Assembly: GCF_009914755.1 (NCBI RefSeq)
Contig: NC_060938.1
DNA length: 64,000 nucleotides
Origin: the human T2T-CHM13v2.0 reference genome, Homo sapiens
Strand: one strand, 5' to 3'
Position numbers and translations under genes: made by a program
Notes under the pieces: generated by a model
What the model was told of the DNA's origin: nothing
Databases searched by the model: none
What the model saw: the letters and a program-made list of their open reading frames with translations, nothing else
Shown: positions 44,381 to 58,710 of the stretch, piece after piece
Numbering within the stretch: the stretch's first letter is position 1
How the letters are laid out: each line of letters starts with the position of its first letter

Positions 44381-44748
44381 AAACCGGACTTTTAGGCTCT
44401 CTGAGCATCCCACCAAGTGGCTGTCGGTTCAGAAGACCTGTCCCCAGGGCGACTAATGTCTGCACAAGAATTGACTCAGGTACAGTCAGACCCTCGAGGC
44501 CTCCCTGGCTGTAGTGCTGAGCACCCATGATGGGGGTGGGATGATCTGAATTATGGGAGGGTGCTGATAACAAACCCTTGGAAGCAGCAGGGGCATCGGC
44601 CTCCTGCTCCCCATTTACCCTGGGCTCTCCCCAGTCAGCCGCATGCCAGAAGCAGATGTTATCTGTTTGAATTTGTCCCACAGCTGAATTCACCTTCTGA
44701 ATTTTTCCCAGGTGTTGCTGCTCTCAGTACGGTAGAAAAGGTTTCTAA

Positions 44749-45310
44749 CAGTGGTGCGTTGGAGCTGCCCCAACCAGCACGTGAGAGCTGATGGTTACAT
44801 GATGAGGTATTTTGCAAGCTGATTATTAAAATGGTCATTTTGAAAAATGTATTACATAAATTTACAATTAAATAGGTTATTTTAAAAGCAAAGTTATATA
44901 GGCCAGGCATAGTGGCTCACACCTGTAATCCCAGCACTTTGGGAGGCCAAGGCAGGAGGATTGCTTGAGCCTGGGAAGCTGAGGCTGTAGTGAGCTGTGG
45001 TGGTACCACTGCACTCCAAAGTAATATATATTCAAAATACCTCACTTCCTAGTTATTGTATTTTATGTCAGTATTACCTGTGCTTTTGGATTTATTTACA
45101 TCGATTGTATCTATATGGTGGAAATACTATACTGTACAATATTGTGTTGCTGCACACCTCTCTTTCCAACTGTGTGTGCGGTGGTTGTCATGTTGGTTGG
45201 TAGCCTGAAATCCACTATAGTGGGAGCACTTACACCACAGCAATTGGTAAACATGACAAATGTAGGCTCTTCCCTCAGAAGAGCCAGTTAAACCTTTCCC
45301 AGCATCACTG
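44749..45310. mobile_element. MER63-type hAT DNA transposon
   Basis: Terminal inverted repeats CAGTGGTGCGTTGG ... CCAGCATCACTG. Confidence 0.75.
44901..45017 (+). mobile_element. Monomeric tailless Alu/FAM-like insertion
   Basis: GGCCAGGCATAG...CCACTGCACTCC with no A tail; TSD AAAGT(T/A)ATATA. Confidence 0.75.
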
Positions 45311-45586
45311 TGTATGAGGATTTGTTGGAATCCTATCTCCCTAGGCTTTCTAGAAACATGTGAACAAGGAAACATTTATTGGTATTGATTAGATGTACCT
45401 AATTAATTGCTGGTAGTAATTAGATAGTATCTAATTGCTCCTTATAAATATGAAAATAATAAAAAGGTTTAAAGAAATATTAGCATATAGGCAGCACCTT
45501 GTGCCTTTTCAAGACTTTAAACATTATGGTTGCTTTCTTAAACTCTTTCTGGGTTTCTCTGTTAAGTAAACAAAACTGATCTAAAC

Positions 45587-46245
45587 CTGGGGTTCTTGTC
45601 CCATGGGCCCTCAGGGCAATCGGGTGAAGCCTATAGTCTCTTTTCAGAATCAAGGTTTTACCTGCATAATGCAAAATGTATTGAATTAAAAAAGAAACCA
45701 ACTATATCAAAATAAAGTTATCAAAATACAAAAATATGTAACATAGTTGCTACTATATGCTTCTTTTCCTTCCTTCCCTCCCTCCCTTCCTTCCTTCCTT
45801 CTCTCCTTCCTCTTTCTTGACGGGGTCTCACTCTGTCATCCAAGCTGGAGTGCAGTGGCACAATCATGACTCATTGCAGCCTTGACCTCCTGAACTTAAG
45901 TGATCCTTCCACCTCAGCCTCTCAAGTAGCTGAGACTACAGGCATGTACCACCATACGCAGCTAATATTTTTAAAAAATTTTTTGTAGAGACAAGGTCTT
46001 GCTATGTTTCCCAGGCTAATCTCAAACTCCTGGCCTCAAGCCATCCTCCCACCTTAGCCTCCCAAAGAGCTGAGGTTGCAGGTATAAGCCACCATGTCTG
46101 GCCCCTTTGTGCTTCTTACACACTAAACAACCAGATCTAATCTAATAACTAGCATAATTTCAAACTAGAGATCAATGTACATGATATTTTGGGATATCTG
46201 TAACAGCTGTAACATAGCAGGGAAACATCTGTGATTTCTATTTTT
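45587..46245. mobile_element. MER119-like hAT-Charlie element, interrupted by an Alu
   Basis: GGGGTTCTT...GGTGAAGCCTAT...GAAACCAACTATAT...GTTATCAAAATA. Confidence 0.65.
45762..46103 (-). mobile_element. AluJ SINE with (CCTT)n tail
   Basis: GCAGCCTTGACCTCC diagnostic. Confidence 0.92.
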
Positions 46246-46431
46246 CAGGGCCAGGGGCTACGAAATAATACTCTGCTTTCCTCTCCTGCCTTCAGACCCA
46301 GCAGAGAAACAGGAAATGAGAGGCAGACGAAAGGAGATCAAGCTGTCAGCTTGATTCCTGACACAGGCATCATCTTCATCCCTATACTGAACTTCCCAGC
46401 ACTCACGCTCTGCAGACCTCCTTCTTCAGGG

Positions 46432-47228
46432 GACACTTCTCAAAAGAAGACATTTATGCGGCCAAAAAACATCATCACTGGTCATTAGAGAAATGCAAAT
46501 CAAAACCACAATGAGATACCATCTCATGCCAGTTAGAATGGTGATCATTAAAAAGTCAGGAAACAACAGATGCTGGAGAGGATGTGGGGAAATAGGAACA
46601 CTTTTACACTGTTGTGTAAATTAGTTCAATTATTGTGGAAGACAGTGTGTTGATTCCTCAGGGATCTAGAACCAGAAATACCATTTGACCCAGTAATCCC
46701 ATTACTGGGTATATACCCAAAGGATTGTAAATCATTCTACTATAAAGACACATGCACACGTATGTTTATTGCAGCACTATTCACAGTGGCAAAGACTTGG
46801 AACTGAGCCTAATGAGAAATGCCCATCAATGATAGACTGGATAAAGAAAATGTGGCACATATACACTATGGAATACTATGCAGCCATAAAAAAGGATGAG
46901 TTCTTGTCCTTTGCAGGGACATGGATGAAGCTGGAAACCATCAGTTTCAGCAAACTAACACAGGAACAGAAAACCAAACACCACATGTTCTCACTCAGAA
47001 GTGGGAGCTGAACAATGAAAACACATGGACACAGGGAGGGGAACATCATACACCGGGGCCTGTCGGGGGGTGAGGGGCTAGGGGAGGGATAGCATTAGGA
47101 GAAATACCTAATGTAGATGACAGGTTGATGGGTGCAGCAAACCACCATGGCATGTGTATACCTGTGTAACAAACCTGCATGTTCTGCACATGTATCCCAG
47201 AACTTAAAGTATAATAATAATAATAAAA
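46432..47228 (+). mobile_element. 5'-truncated L1PA: ORF2 C-terminus and 3' UTR
   Basis: Peptide CPSMIDWIKKMWHIYTMEYYAAIKKDEF; G-rich 3' UTR; CCCAGAACTTAAAGTATAATAA end. Confidence 0.95.
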
Positions 47229-47240
47229 GAAGTGCAAAAT

Positions 47241-47558
47241 GGCCAGGTGCAGTGGCTCATGCCTTCAATCTCAGCATTTTGGGAGGCCGAGGCAAGGCAG
47301 GAGGGTCACTTAAGCTTATGGTTTCAAGAGCAGCATGGGCAATATAGTAAGGCCTCATCTCTACTAAAAACAAAAATAACTAGCCAGGCATGGTGGCATG
47401 TGCCTGTAGTCCTAGCTACTAGGGAGGCTGAGGCAAGAGGATAGCTTGAGCCCAGGAGTTCAAGGCTGCAGTGAGCTATGATTATGCCACTGCACTCCAG
47501 CCTGGGTGACAGAGTGGGAGACCTTCTCTCAATAAGAAAATTAAAAAGAAATAAAAAA
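47241..47558 (+). mobile_element. AluJ SINE
   Basis: GCTTGAGCCCAGGAGTTCAAGGCTGCAGTGAGCTATGAT. Confidence 0.92.
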
Positions 47559-49309
47559 GCTTGAGGATATCATGAAGTTTATTAAAGTGTGTTGACGTCA
47601 CAGAGGTTCAGAGGTAATGCCATAGATGCTCCCTTAAAGCCTGATAACAATGAGGATACACACAGGAGGAGGCCTCAGGTCCCCTCAGCACAGGGACTGT
47701 GCACTTGCTGACCCTCATAGGTGTCTACCTTTTCTCTCCAAAGCCAAAAAGCCTCATGGAGTCACTTTTTGCCAGCTCTGCTGGAGGGCCAAAGAGAGGA
47801 TGCTCCTCTGTAAGGCTTCCTGCTCCATCCTGAAAACTTTGATTGGTAAAGAGTTGATCCCAGGTCTGAGCCAAAATCTGCCTTTGAGTAAGTTCTCTCC
47901 CTGTCCTTGGGTCCTGCCTCTCCCTTCTGGAACCACATGGAACTGATCTAATCTCTGTCCACATGAAGTTCTCTTAAATCAGCCAAGTCAGCTTGTCCGT
48001 CCTAACCAAGCTGTTTTTTGCCTTGCACTTCGGTAGAGTTGAGTTCATGTCAGGCCTTTAAAATATCCTTTTCAAGCATATATTTCAGTAAACATCGATT
48101 ACTTAATATGCAAGGAGTACAATGGCGGAAATACCACATTCAGGCTCTGGGATTCAACACTTCTGCAAATACTTGGAAGACCTACCCTGGGCCAGGCTGT
48201 GTGCCAGGTGAGGGGGATACAAGAAGGAACAGCAGACTTTCAGGTTGACCCTGTCTCGAAGCACCTTGAGGCATGATGAGAGAGGAACACCTGCCTTTGT
48301 TGGCTGGGTTTATAGCAGGGCCCTATTTAACTTAACTTCCCCGTTAGACATATACACTGAAAACTGAGAACCCATCTCTTTGCTGTATGCACAGAGCTGG
48401 TGATTAAGCCTCCTTCTCTTTTTGCAGAGCATGTGTATAGTTTCAAGCTCTGTGGAAGAAGAAAGAAGGAAGACTCCATGCCAAGTCTTAGATATCCAAC
48501 TCAATTCAGCGAAGATGTATTGAGGTCTACTAAGCAACAGGCTACGACTCCATCCTTAGGGGCCCCGCTGTTCATTCATTCACAAACATTAGGTTAGGAC
48601 CCCATCAGGAGAAAAATACAGCAAGTCTAATCCAGGCCAAATGGAAGAGTTGCCAGAAGAGACATTTAAATACATTCTGGTGCAGGTGTGAGAACAGGAG
48701 CTGGCCCCTGAAGCGGGAAGAATAAAAAACACTCCTGGAAGAAGTGGCACTGGCTAAGGGCCTGGGAGCACTTTTACAGGCAGATGTTGGGGGTGAAGAA
48801 GGCCCTGCAAAAAATAGAATCACCTATATCTCCAATATTGTTTATTTGTACAGCAAAATTCCCCTACCTTTGAACATCGACATTGGAAATTGATTTGGAA
48901 TTTGCTTATTCTGCAAACATCTTTTGAGGAGGTGCAGTGTGCCCTGTGCTGGGCTGGCTGCTGGGAATGGGGTGACACGTGCCCACCAGTTTATAAGTTC
49001 CAGTCTCATGGATGGAACATGTGAAACAGGATTCTCAGGCAGGGTGAGAAATGCAGTAGCCCCTGCCAAGTGTGCCCATGCCGTCGTCTCACTGCACATG
49101 ACTACGACGGCCCTTCCTGCTCCATCAGGGGCCAAGCGCTGGGCTCATGCTCTGCATCCTGCTCCACAGACACTTCCAAGGGCCTCTTTCACGTGCACTC
49201 CTGCACCTCATGAATAATCACCTTCTCCATCTCAGCCGGTCAATCCCATCAGGTTAGAAACCTACTCTGGTATTACAAAAAAAAAAAAAAGAAAAACAAA
49301 GAAATATTC

Positions 49310-51110
49310 CTGTGACACTTCCTCCCCCTTCAGCCAGGGTCTCACTTCTCTGCTGCCCTCATAATAGCACTTCTGGGTGGCCTATAGTTGCCACGTCCAC
49401 CTGCAGGGTTCCTATCTTAGCCAATTCCCATCTGTCTCCAGTCACCACCATTCCTCTGAGCCTGCACTAGACAAGGGCAGCAGTGATCCCTGAGTTGCCA
49501 AAGCCAGTCATCATTTCTCTCTCTTCATGATGTTCATGCCTTAACAGCATTGGGCCCACATGTGCACACCCTTGATTCTGGAATTTCTTTCTCTCCTCAG
49601 CTTCTACACTTTCCTGGCTCATCCCCTCACTGTTGGATCCTTTCGCCCACCTTGGATGGCTTCTCCTTTGCTGCTTGACTCCCAGTGGGGGAGTCCCTTG
49701 GTGCTGAGTCCCGGTTCCCTTGGTGACACTCTCCTGTTGAGTCCATCTCATCCATGGCATTATATCCCCACCATGCACCAAGAGTCCCTCAGTCTCTATC
49801 CCTTGCTCTGCCCCCTCTTTGGAACTGTAGACATGTACACTCAACAGAATAAGTGACAGCTGCACCTGGGAACCTAACAATACTCAAATTCCACAAGTGC
49901 CTGACAGAACGTTCCATTCCAGCTGCCACCTTGAGACCAGCTCCTTCTTCATCCTTCCCTCTGGAACCATGAAGCCCCCAAACCTAGGACTTTGCCTTGA
50001 TTTCTCCCTTTCCCTCACCCACCTCTCACATCCAAGACCTTATCAACTCTTGCCTTCAAAATGTATCCCCAAGCAACCAGCTTCTCTCATTTCCTTCCTC
50101 AGCTCTGTGTCCAAGCCTTTATCTGGTCTCACTGAATGGCTGCAGATGCCTCCTCACTGCTCTGCCTGCCTCCACGCTTGCTCTATCCTCCCATCTCCAC
50201 CTAGCATCTAGAGTGATCTTCTAAAAATGTAACTTAGATCATGTCCCCTGCCCCCATTACACACTGATATGGTTTGGCTGTGTCCCCACCCAAATCTCAT
50301 CTTGAATTATAGTTCCCATAATCCTCACATGTCATGGGAGGAACCAGGTGGGAGCTAAGTTAATCATAGGGGTGGTTTCCTCCATGCTGTTCTTGGGATA
50401 GTGAGGGAGTTCTCATGAGATCTGCTGGTTTTATAAGGGGCTTTCCCCCCTTTACTCGGCTCTTCTCTCTTCCTCCATCATGTGAAGATCATGTTTGCTT
50501 CCGCTTCTGCCATGATTGTGTTTCTGAGGCCTCCCCAGCCATGCAGAACTGTGAGTCCATTAAACCTCTTTTCTTTATATTCAGTCTTGGGTATTTCTTC
50601 ATAGCAGTGTAAGAACTAATACACACCACTTCCAGTGGTTTCTCACCATTTGTCCAGCCTGTTCCCCGGTGTATGAAGGCCTTTGTCGTCCCAGCCTGGC
50701 TTACCTCGGTGCCCTTGTCACACGCTCCTCCTCGCCCACCTCCTGGGGCTGAGCCTCATGACAGTCTTCCTTTTCTTCCTCCAGCCTGTTGTGCTCTTTC
50801 CTGCCTCTGGGCCTTGGCTAATCTGTTCTCTTGCCTGGATTGCCTACACGGCCTGCTCCTTCCCCTCGGTTTATCATCATGTCACCACACTTTGATTCTC
50901 TGCATTCTCTGAATAATTATTATCACTATCTGATATTTTTTCTGGCTTGTTTGCTTGCTTGTTCGTACACCTGTCTGTCTGCACTAGAATACAGTTTCCA
51001 GGGGGATGCAGAGCCTGCCAGTTTGGTCACAACTAAATTCCCAGCATCTTGGATGACACCTAGCCTGTAGTGGGTGTTCAGTACCCATATGTTAGATGAG
51101 TAAATGAATA
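49310..51110 (+). mobile_element. Long L2 remnant including decayed RT region, interrupted by THE1
   Basis: CACCATTCCTCTGAG...TTGCCAAAGCC region resembles the L2 RT segment; 3' end CACTAGAATACAG...TAAATGAAT. Confidence 0.75.
50265..50623 (+). mobile_element. THE1-type solo LTR
   Basis: TGATATGGTTTGGCTGTGTCCCCACCCAAATCTC...GAACTAATACA. Confidence 0.93.
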
Positions 51111-51384
51111 GCACACTGGATGCCCTCGCAGACTCATCTCTGGATGTCTCTGTGGTGCTGCCTGCAAATGCAGCCATAATCTTACGCCCAGTCCTTGAGT
51201 CTGTTTCCACCACATTGATTCTGGGCATGGCCAAAGGGACATAGAAAATGCAACTTGATAAGTTGTAGCTGTGTTGTTCCTTGAGATCACCAGAAGAATG
51301 CGCTGAGCTAGCCTTGAATGGATGAAAGGCCAAGTGGGAGAGAACCGTGGTGAACAGCCAGGCAGACACGTGAGTTGGGTTTTC

Positions 51385-51800
51385 TGTGTTCGTCTGGGTC
51401 TTCCAAAAACCAGAATTAAGTGTGTGCAAGGATTGTATTAGGGGAAATGCTTGTGTGAGAGAAAATGGAGCAGAGGCAGGGAAAGGCTGGGTGAGCTGTC
51501 AGACAGCCATGCAAGTCTGGCCCTTTAAGGAGGAGAGACAGAATGTTGGGAAGAATTGTTCTAGACTGCTGCACAAACTAAGGAAGGCTTGGCAAAGCCA
51601 TCGGGGAGTCCCCAAGCTGAAGCTGGCTGTCAGAGGTGTCCCGTGTCTCTCAGGGAGAGGGTTTGCCTTAGTGTCCATGCTGTGGGGGGGCCTTGGTAAG
51701 GGAGTGGCCCACGGGCAACAAGGCCTCAGTGGAACATGTTGGTGGATTTCAGGGCACGGCAGCTGGGTCCCTGGTGAGTTAAACTCCATGTCGTAGAGGT
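51385..51800 (-). mobile_element. ERVL-class LTR (LTR40-like)
   Basis: GTGCAAGGATTGTATTAGGGGAAA...GGGAAAGGCTGGG...ATGCAAGTCTG. Confidence 0.55.
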
Positions 51801-52297
51801 CTGTGAGGCTCTTTCTCCTGGCTGCCTCACTATTCTCGGTCATGCAGTCACCATCCGAGCCTTCAGCTGATTACAGATGCGTAAGAAAGATTAGTCAAGC
51901 CACCAAGACCAGAGGAACTGCCCAGCCAATTCAGAGAATTGTGAGATAAGTGTAGTGCTTAGGCCCTTAAGTTCTGGGATGGTGTATTTCATAGCACAGG
52001 CTAAATGATAAACCTCTTTGATAATTTCCTAAGGATAGACTCCAGGAAAGAGGGGAAGGATTTCTGCATATTTAGAAAACACTGAATACATACTGCCAGT
52101 CACTTTTTAGAAAGGCTATATCCACATATCTCTACTGGCAATATATGAGAATGTTCATTTCACTACATCCTCACCCATACTGGGTTTTAGCATTCTAAAA
52201 CATTTTTGCCAGCTTGCTATGTGAAAACACATAAGCATTGCTGAGGCTCAATTTGCATTTATTTGACTATTGCAGAGCTGAATCCTGTTTTCATATT

Positions 52298-53196
<899 letters not shown>

Positions 53197-53289
53197 ATGT
53201 TTATTGGCCATTGGTGAGGTGTTTCTTCTTACCCTTTTAAAACCAAAGTTAGAGGAGTAATCCCTGTCTCCTGTGGCCCTCCTCAGGGG

Positions 53290-53625
53290 AGCCGCAGCCT
53301 CCAGGGGCTGCTCCTGGTGCTGTCAGCGTTCAAAGCAGTCGCTTCACTTCTGCCGCAATTATCAGCCGATTATCTCCCCAATGCCCGCGCTCAGCGCTTC
53401 CCTGGTTAACCCGGTGGCTGGAGGGCTGCCTAACGACATTTTTATAGCCTGGTGCGGCTCTGCTTCATTAATTCCCAGCAACGGCTGTGCGTTATTCTCT
53501 CTGCCGACAGTGGGGACTCCCTGCTAATCAGGCAGGAGCCGGCAAAGCGGTGAGGTGGCTGCAGCTGGAGGGCAAGCTGGTGAGGTCAGGGGATCACGTG
53601 GTTCTCCATCACTGCGTGGTCGGAG
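53290..53625. promoter_or_regulatory. CpG-rich unique segment, candidate enhancer or promoter
   Basis: About 19 CpG in about 330 bp; TTCAAAG 53329, TTATCA 53359, TTATCT 53370, TTTTATAG 53440, ATTAAT 53467, CACGTG 53595. Confidence 0.5.
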
Positions 53626-53669
53626 GAACCAAAGCTCAGGGAGGGAAAGACACAGTCTGGTGCAGAGCT

Positions 53670-53963
53670 GCCAGGAGCCACATGTGGTGAGTGAGCACCA
53701 GAAACGTGGCCAATCTGAAGTGAGATATGCTGTAAGTGGAAAATGCACACTGAATTTCAAAGATCTTAGTACAAAAAAAAGAGTGTATGGCATCTTATTC
53801 ATATTTTAAAAATATTACATGTTAGAAGATAATATTTTAGATATATTGGGTGAAACACAATATATTATTAAAATAAATCTCACCTATTTCTCTTTCCTTT
53901 TTTAATGCGGGTACTAGAAAAACTTAAATGATGTGTAGTGTGTATTTTAATTGGATGGTGCTG
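53670..53963. mobile_element. MER33-type hAT-Charlie element
   Basis: AGCCACATGTGG...GAGATATGCTGTAAGTG...GATAATATTTTAGATATATTGGG. Confidence 0.8.
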
Positions 53964-54004
53964 GTATAAGTCCTCATAGGGCATTAGGGGCAGTGAGATG
54001 AGAG

Positions 54005-54400
54005 TATGCATATATGTGTGTGACTGAGTATGTGTATGTGTGTACATGCATGTATGTGTTAGTATGTACGCATGAGCATATGTGTATGTGTCAGTATAAA
54101 TACGTGAATGTGTATGTGTGTATATCCATATGTGTGTATGGGTATACATGTACATGTGTGAGTATATGTGTGTGTGCACATGCTTGTCTGTGTGTAAGTG
54201 TCTCTGTGTGTATATGTGGGGTATGTGAATATATGTGTGTATGTATGCTTGTGTGTATGTGTGCCTTTGTGTATATGTGGAGGGTGTGAGTATATGTGCA
54301 CGTGTGTGTATGTGTGCATCTCTGTGTGCATATATGTGGTGTGTGTGTATCTGTGTGTGAATGTGTGTGTGTGTGTGTGTGTATGTTTGTGGGGTGTGTT
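54005..54400. repeat. Degenerate (TG)n-rich simple repeat
   Basis: TG/TA-rich low-complexity tract. Confidence 0.9.
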
Positions 54401-55579
54401 TATGGATGTGGGGGGCAGGGAGGTTGACTTGTGCAAAGTCAAAGTCGGAAACCAGATCAAAGCCCAGGACATTTTCATTTCACTGCCTTATGCTGTGGTC
54501 TCTATTATATGCCAGGCATGCCACATACACATCTCATTGAATCTGCAAGAAACCCAGTGCTCTCTTAAGTACCATGCTGCCTCACAAGGTCAAGGGCACT
54601 AAGTAACTCATCAAGGTCACACACTAAAAAGTGATGGGAATGGGAAGCGATGAAGCTCCAAGCCACTGTCTCTCTCCTGCAGACAGACCCAGGGCCTGTG
54701 TTGCAAACCATCTCAGTGACTCCACCATGCCAGCCCTCATGCTGAGGCCGGGAGAGCAGTAGAAGCTGGAAGGAATGATCTAAAAGTGAATTTCCATGTT
54801 GCTGTGACCTTGGTACCAGGCCAGGGCACAATCAACCACCATCGATGCACATTCTCTCCTCATAGTCATACCACCTCAGGGGCCAGAACGTGCAGTTGGT
54901 CCCAAACCACAAGGAATCAAGGAAATCTCAAAGTTATTGTTGTCTGTTCTTTCAACATATATGTAGAAACAAATACTTGCATGTTAAATAAAAAAATCCA
55001 GGGTATATGTGGCTTGGATGCTGGCTCTGCCTCTGACCTAAGTCTTGGTCTCCCCATGTGTATAGTGGGGCTGTAACACCCACCTGTGTGGGCAGTAAAT
55101 GAAGAAATGTATGTAGAACGCTGGGCACAGCCTAGATGTTCACCATGTGTCACTTCCTATCCCTGTCCTCCCTAGTCTATCTTTGCTTAAAGTTTCCCAA
55201 CTGCTTGGATTTTATTAATTCTCACTTAGATGATTTCCTCGACAAGTCTAGGTGGGTGACAAGCCAATGCAGTTTCTTAGAATAATAATTTATCTACAGC
55301 AACTCCTCTTTAGCAGTCCTGCATTAAGCTCTTTATGTGTGTTATCTTGTGGGGCCGTCACAACAATGCAGTGCATGTGTGCATGTGTGTACCTGTGTGC
55401 ACATATGTATGTGCATGTCCATGTGTGCATATGGCAGGATGGGTTGGGGAGAGTGACTTGCACCAGTCAGTGACACAGGTGAAAGCCCAGCATGTTCTAG
55501 TTTCTCCACTTTATACTCTGAGCACCTTGAATCGAGATCAGTAGAATTTTAGAAGGAGCTGTCAAAGGATCTTGGAGAA

Positions 55580-55867
55580 TGTATTACTCCGTTTTCACAC
55601 TGCTATAAAGAACTGCCTGAGACTGGGTAATTTATAAGGGGAAGAGGTTTAATTGACTCACAGTTCTGCATGGCTGGGGAGGCCTCAGGAAACTTACAAT
55701 CATGGCAGAAGGTGAAGGGCAAGCAAGGCACGTTTTACATGGTGGCAGGGAAGAGAGAGCAAACTGCCCCCATGATCCAATCACCTTCCACCAGGTCCTT
55801 CCTTTGACACGTGGGGGTTACAATTTGAGATGAGATTTGGGTAGGGACACAGAACCAAACCATATCA
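55580..55867 (-). mobile_element. THE1D/MST-type solo LTR with internal deletion
   Basis: TGTATTA...GGAGGCCTCAGGAAACTTACAATCATGG...CCAAACCATATCA; shorter than the other THE1 LTRs here. Confidence 0.88.
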
Positions 55868-56276
55868 CAGATCATCTAGAAATAAGTTGAGGATGGAAAC
55901 TATAAAACAGCATGTTGCAGTTTTAAAGAATTTGAGTCTCTTGTCCTAAATGAATATTATCCTGACAGCTGAAGGAAATTGCCAGTGATGCTGCTACTGC
56001 TGAAATGTATTTGAGAAAAGAGGAGTCCTTGAAGACTTGGGATAGTGTGCACTTTTTGAAAAAGAAAAAAAAAAGGATATTTCTCCAATTATAGACCCGT
56101 CAGCTTGATTTTCATCCCTAGGAAGTTCTAGTATATATCACGAAGCACGTTGAAGAAGAAGTAGTGAAGTCAAGGACAGAAAATGAGAATAAGAATTTGT
56201 GTCTGACTAGCTTCATTTCCTTCCTCCATGGAGTTTCTGCACGGGAATCATGCTGTATACTCCTTTGTGTTTCTAC

Positions 56277-56818
56277 TATATTTGTTAGCTATTGGTGTGT
56301 AACAAATTATCCTAAAATTTAGTGACTTAAAAATAAACACTTATTATCACTGACAGTTTCTGTGAGTCAGAAATTTTAAAGTGCTTGGCAATGTCTCATG
56401 AAGTTACAGTCAAAATTGTGGCTGGGGCTGTGGTTTTCTGAAGGCTTGACTGGGGCTGGAGCATCCTCTTCCAAATTGGCAAAATTGCTCAAATGACTGG
56501 CAAGTTGGCACTGAATATTGGTGAAAAATCTCAGTCTCTCTTTATGTGGGCTTCAGGATGCTTGAGTGTTCTCACAACATGGCAGGTGCCTTCCACCAGA
56601 GCAGAGAGAGACACAGAGACAGACAGACAGAGAGAACATTGCAGAAGCCATCCTTTTTATTGCCTAGACTTAAAGGTCCTAAGACATTATTTCTTCCACA
56701 TTTTGCTCAGTAGAAGTGAGTCACTAAGTCCAGACTGCATGCAAGAGGAGGACAATAGGCTACACCTTTTGAAAGGAGAAATATCAAATAATTTGTGGAC
56801 ATATTTTAAAACCACCCC
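56277..56818 (-). mobile_element. MLT1F/G-like MaLR LTR
   Basis: GTGTAACAAATTATCCTAAAATTTAGTG...CTGAAGGCTTGACTGGGGCTGGAG...ATATTTTAAAACCAC. Confidence 0.8.
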
Positions 56819-58134
56819 ACTGTCTGGTAATTTAAGAATACTAATATACATTCTGCATATTTACCCACAAACATTTATTGCACATTCACTCATTCAGTGT
56901 GTTGTTTTGAGCACCTAGTACATGCCAGCGACTGTTTTGATCCCATGGAGTTAACAGATTAGTGAAGCAATAAACAATGCCATGAAAACTAGAGCTAGAG
57001 AGATGCATGTGTGCATGTGTGTGTGGGTCGGGGGGAGGTGAACTTAGACAGGGTGGTCAGGAGGCTGTCCGAGGAGGTGGCATTTCAACTGAGACCGGGA
57101 GGATGAGAAGGAGTGAGTCAAGGGCAGAGTGGGAAGCAGAGCATTCCTGGCAGAGGAAACGATGCAAAGTCACCAAGGCAGAAATGAGGGAACAGAAACG
57201 CAGCTGGGGTTGGGAGAGATGTGGCCAGAGAGGGGGAGAACAAGATCACTCCGGCCTCCTGGGTTGGGGTAAGCAGCTGAGTTTCCTTCCAAGTGTGATG
57301 GGAGGGAGAGAAACAGCAGGGAGGCTTTTATCCTCAACAGCAGTATGAGTTGATTTGTGTGTTAACAAGACCACTCTGGCTGCTGGGACATGGATGATAA
57401 GGGCCAGAAAGGAGGCAGGGCATGCAGTGAGCAGGCCACAGCAGAGGTCTAGGGAATGGAGATGGCCACTTGAACAACAGTAGGAGCTGTGGAGACAAAG
57501 AGAAAAAGGTGGTTTAGGGATGATTCTGGAGATGGAATTAGCAAGATTTGCTAAGTGAGTCCACGTGACAGGTGTGGCAGAGAGAAGAGAGGAAGTAAGC
57601 ACAGCTCTTCTAGCTTTGACTTAAATAATTGGGTAGGTGATGGTGCCACTTAGCAATATGGAAAAGATTTGGGAAAGAGCTGGTTTTGTGTGTGTGTGTG
57701 TGTGTGTGTACGTGTGTGTGCACACATGTTGGGACTGAGGACTCAAGTGATCAGTTTGAGAAGCCTGTTGGACACCCCAGTGGAGATGCCGAGTCAGGGC
57801 TGGCGATGTTCATTTGGAGTCATTGGCATGTAATGGGCCTATATCTGCCTACTCTAAAATGCAGGCAGTGGAGTAGTAGGAAAATCAGCTGCTAGGGCAT
57901 AAAAGCTAAGAGGAGAATGCATTTTACAAGGAAGAGTCAACCATGTGGCCCCAGCAGAGAGGTAGAGGAAGATGAGAACAGATATGCCCATTTGATTGGG
58001 TGACATAAAGGCCAAAAGTGCTCACATGAGAGCAGTCTCAGGGGAGTGGAGGACAGAGGATTGATTGGGGTGAGCCAGAAAGAGAATGTGACAAGAGGAA
58101 GGAGAAGCAGGGGCCATAGAAACTCATTCGAGAG

Positions 58135-58530
<396 letters not shown>

Positions 58531-58655
58531 CCTCATTCAAGAAGGTTTCTCATGGAGGGAAGCAAAGATGAGTTGGGAGCTACAGGGACATGATGAGCCA
58601 AGGGAGATGGCTTTGTTTGTTGGTTTTAAGATAGAAGATACCAGAACTCTGTGAC

Positions 58656-58660
58656 TGTGT

Positions 58661-58707
<47 letters not shown>
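58656..58707. repeat. (TG)n microsatellite
   Basis: Long TG run. Confidence 0.97.
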
Positions 58708-58710
<3 letters not shown>

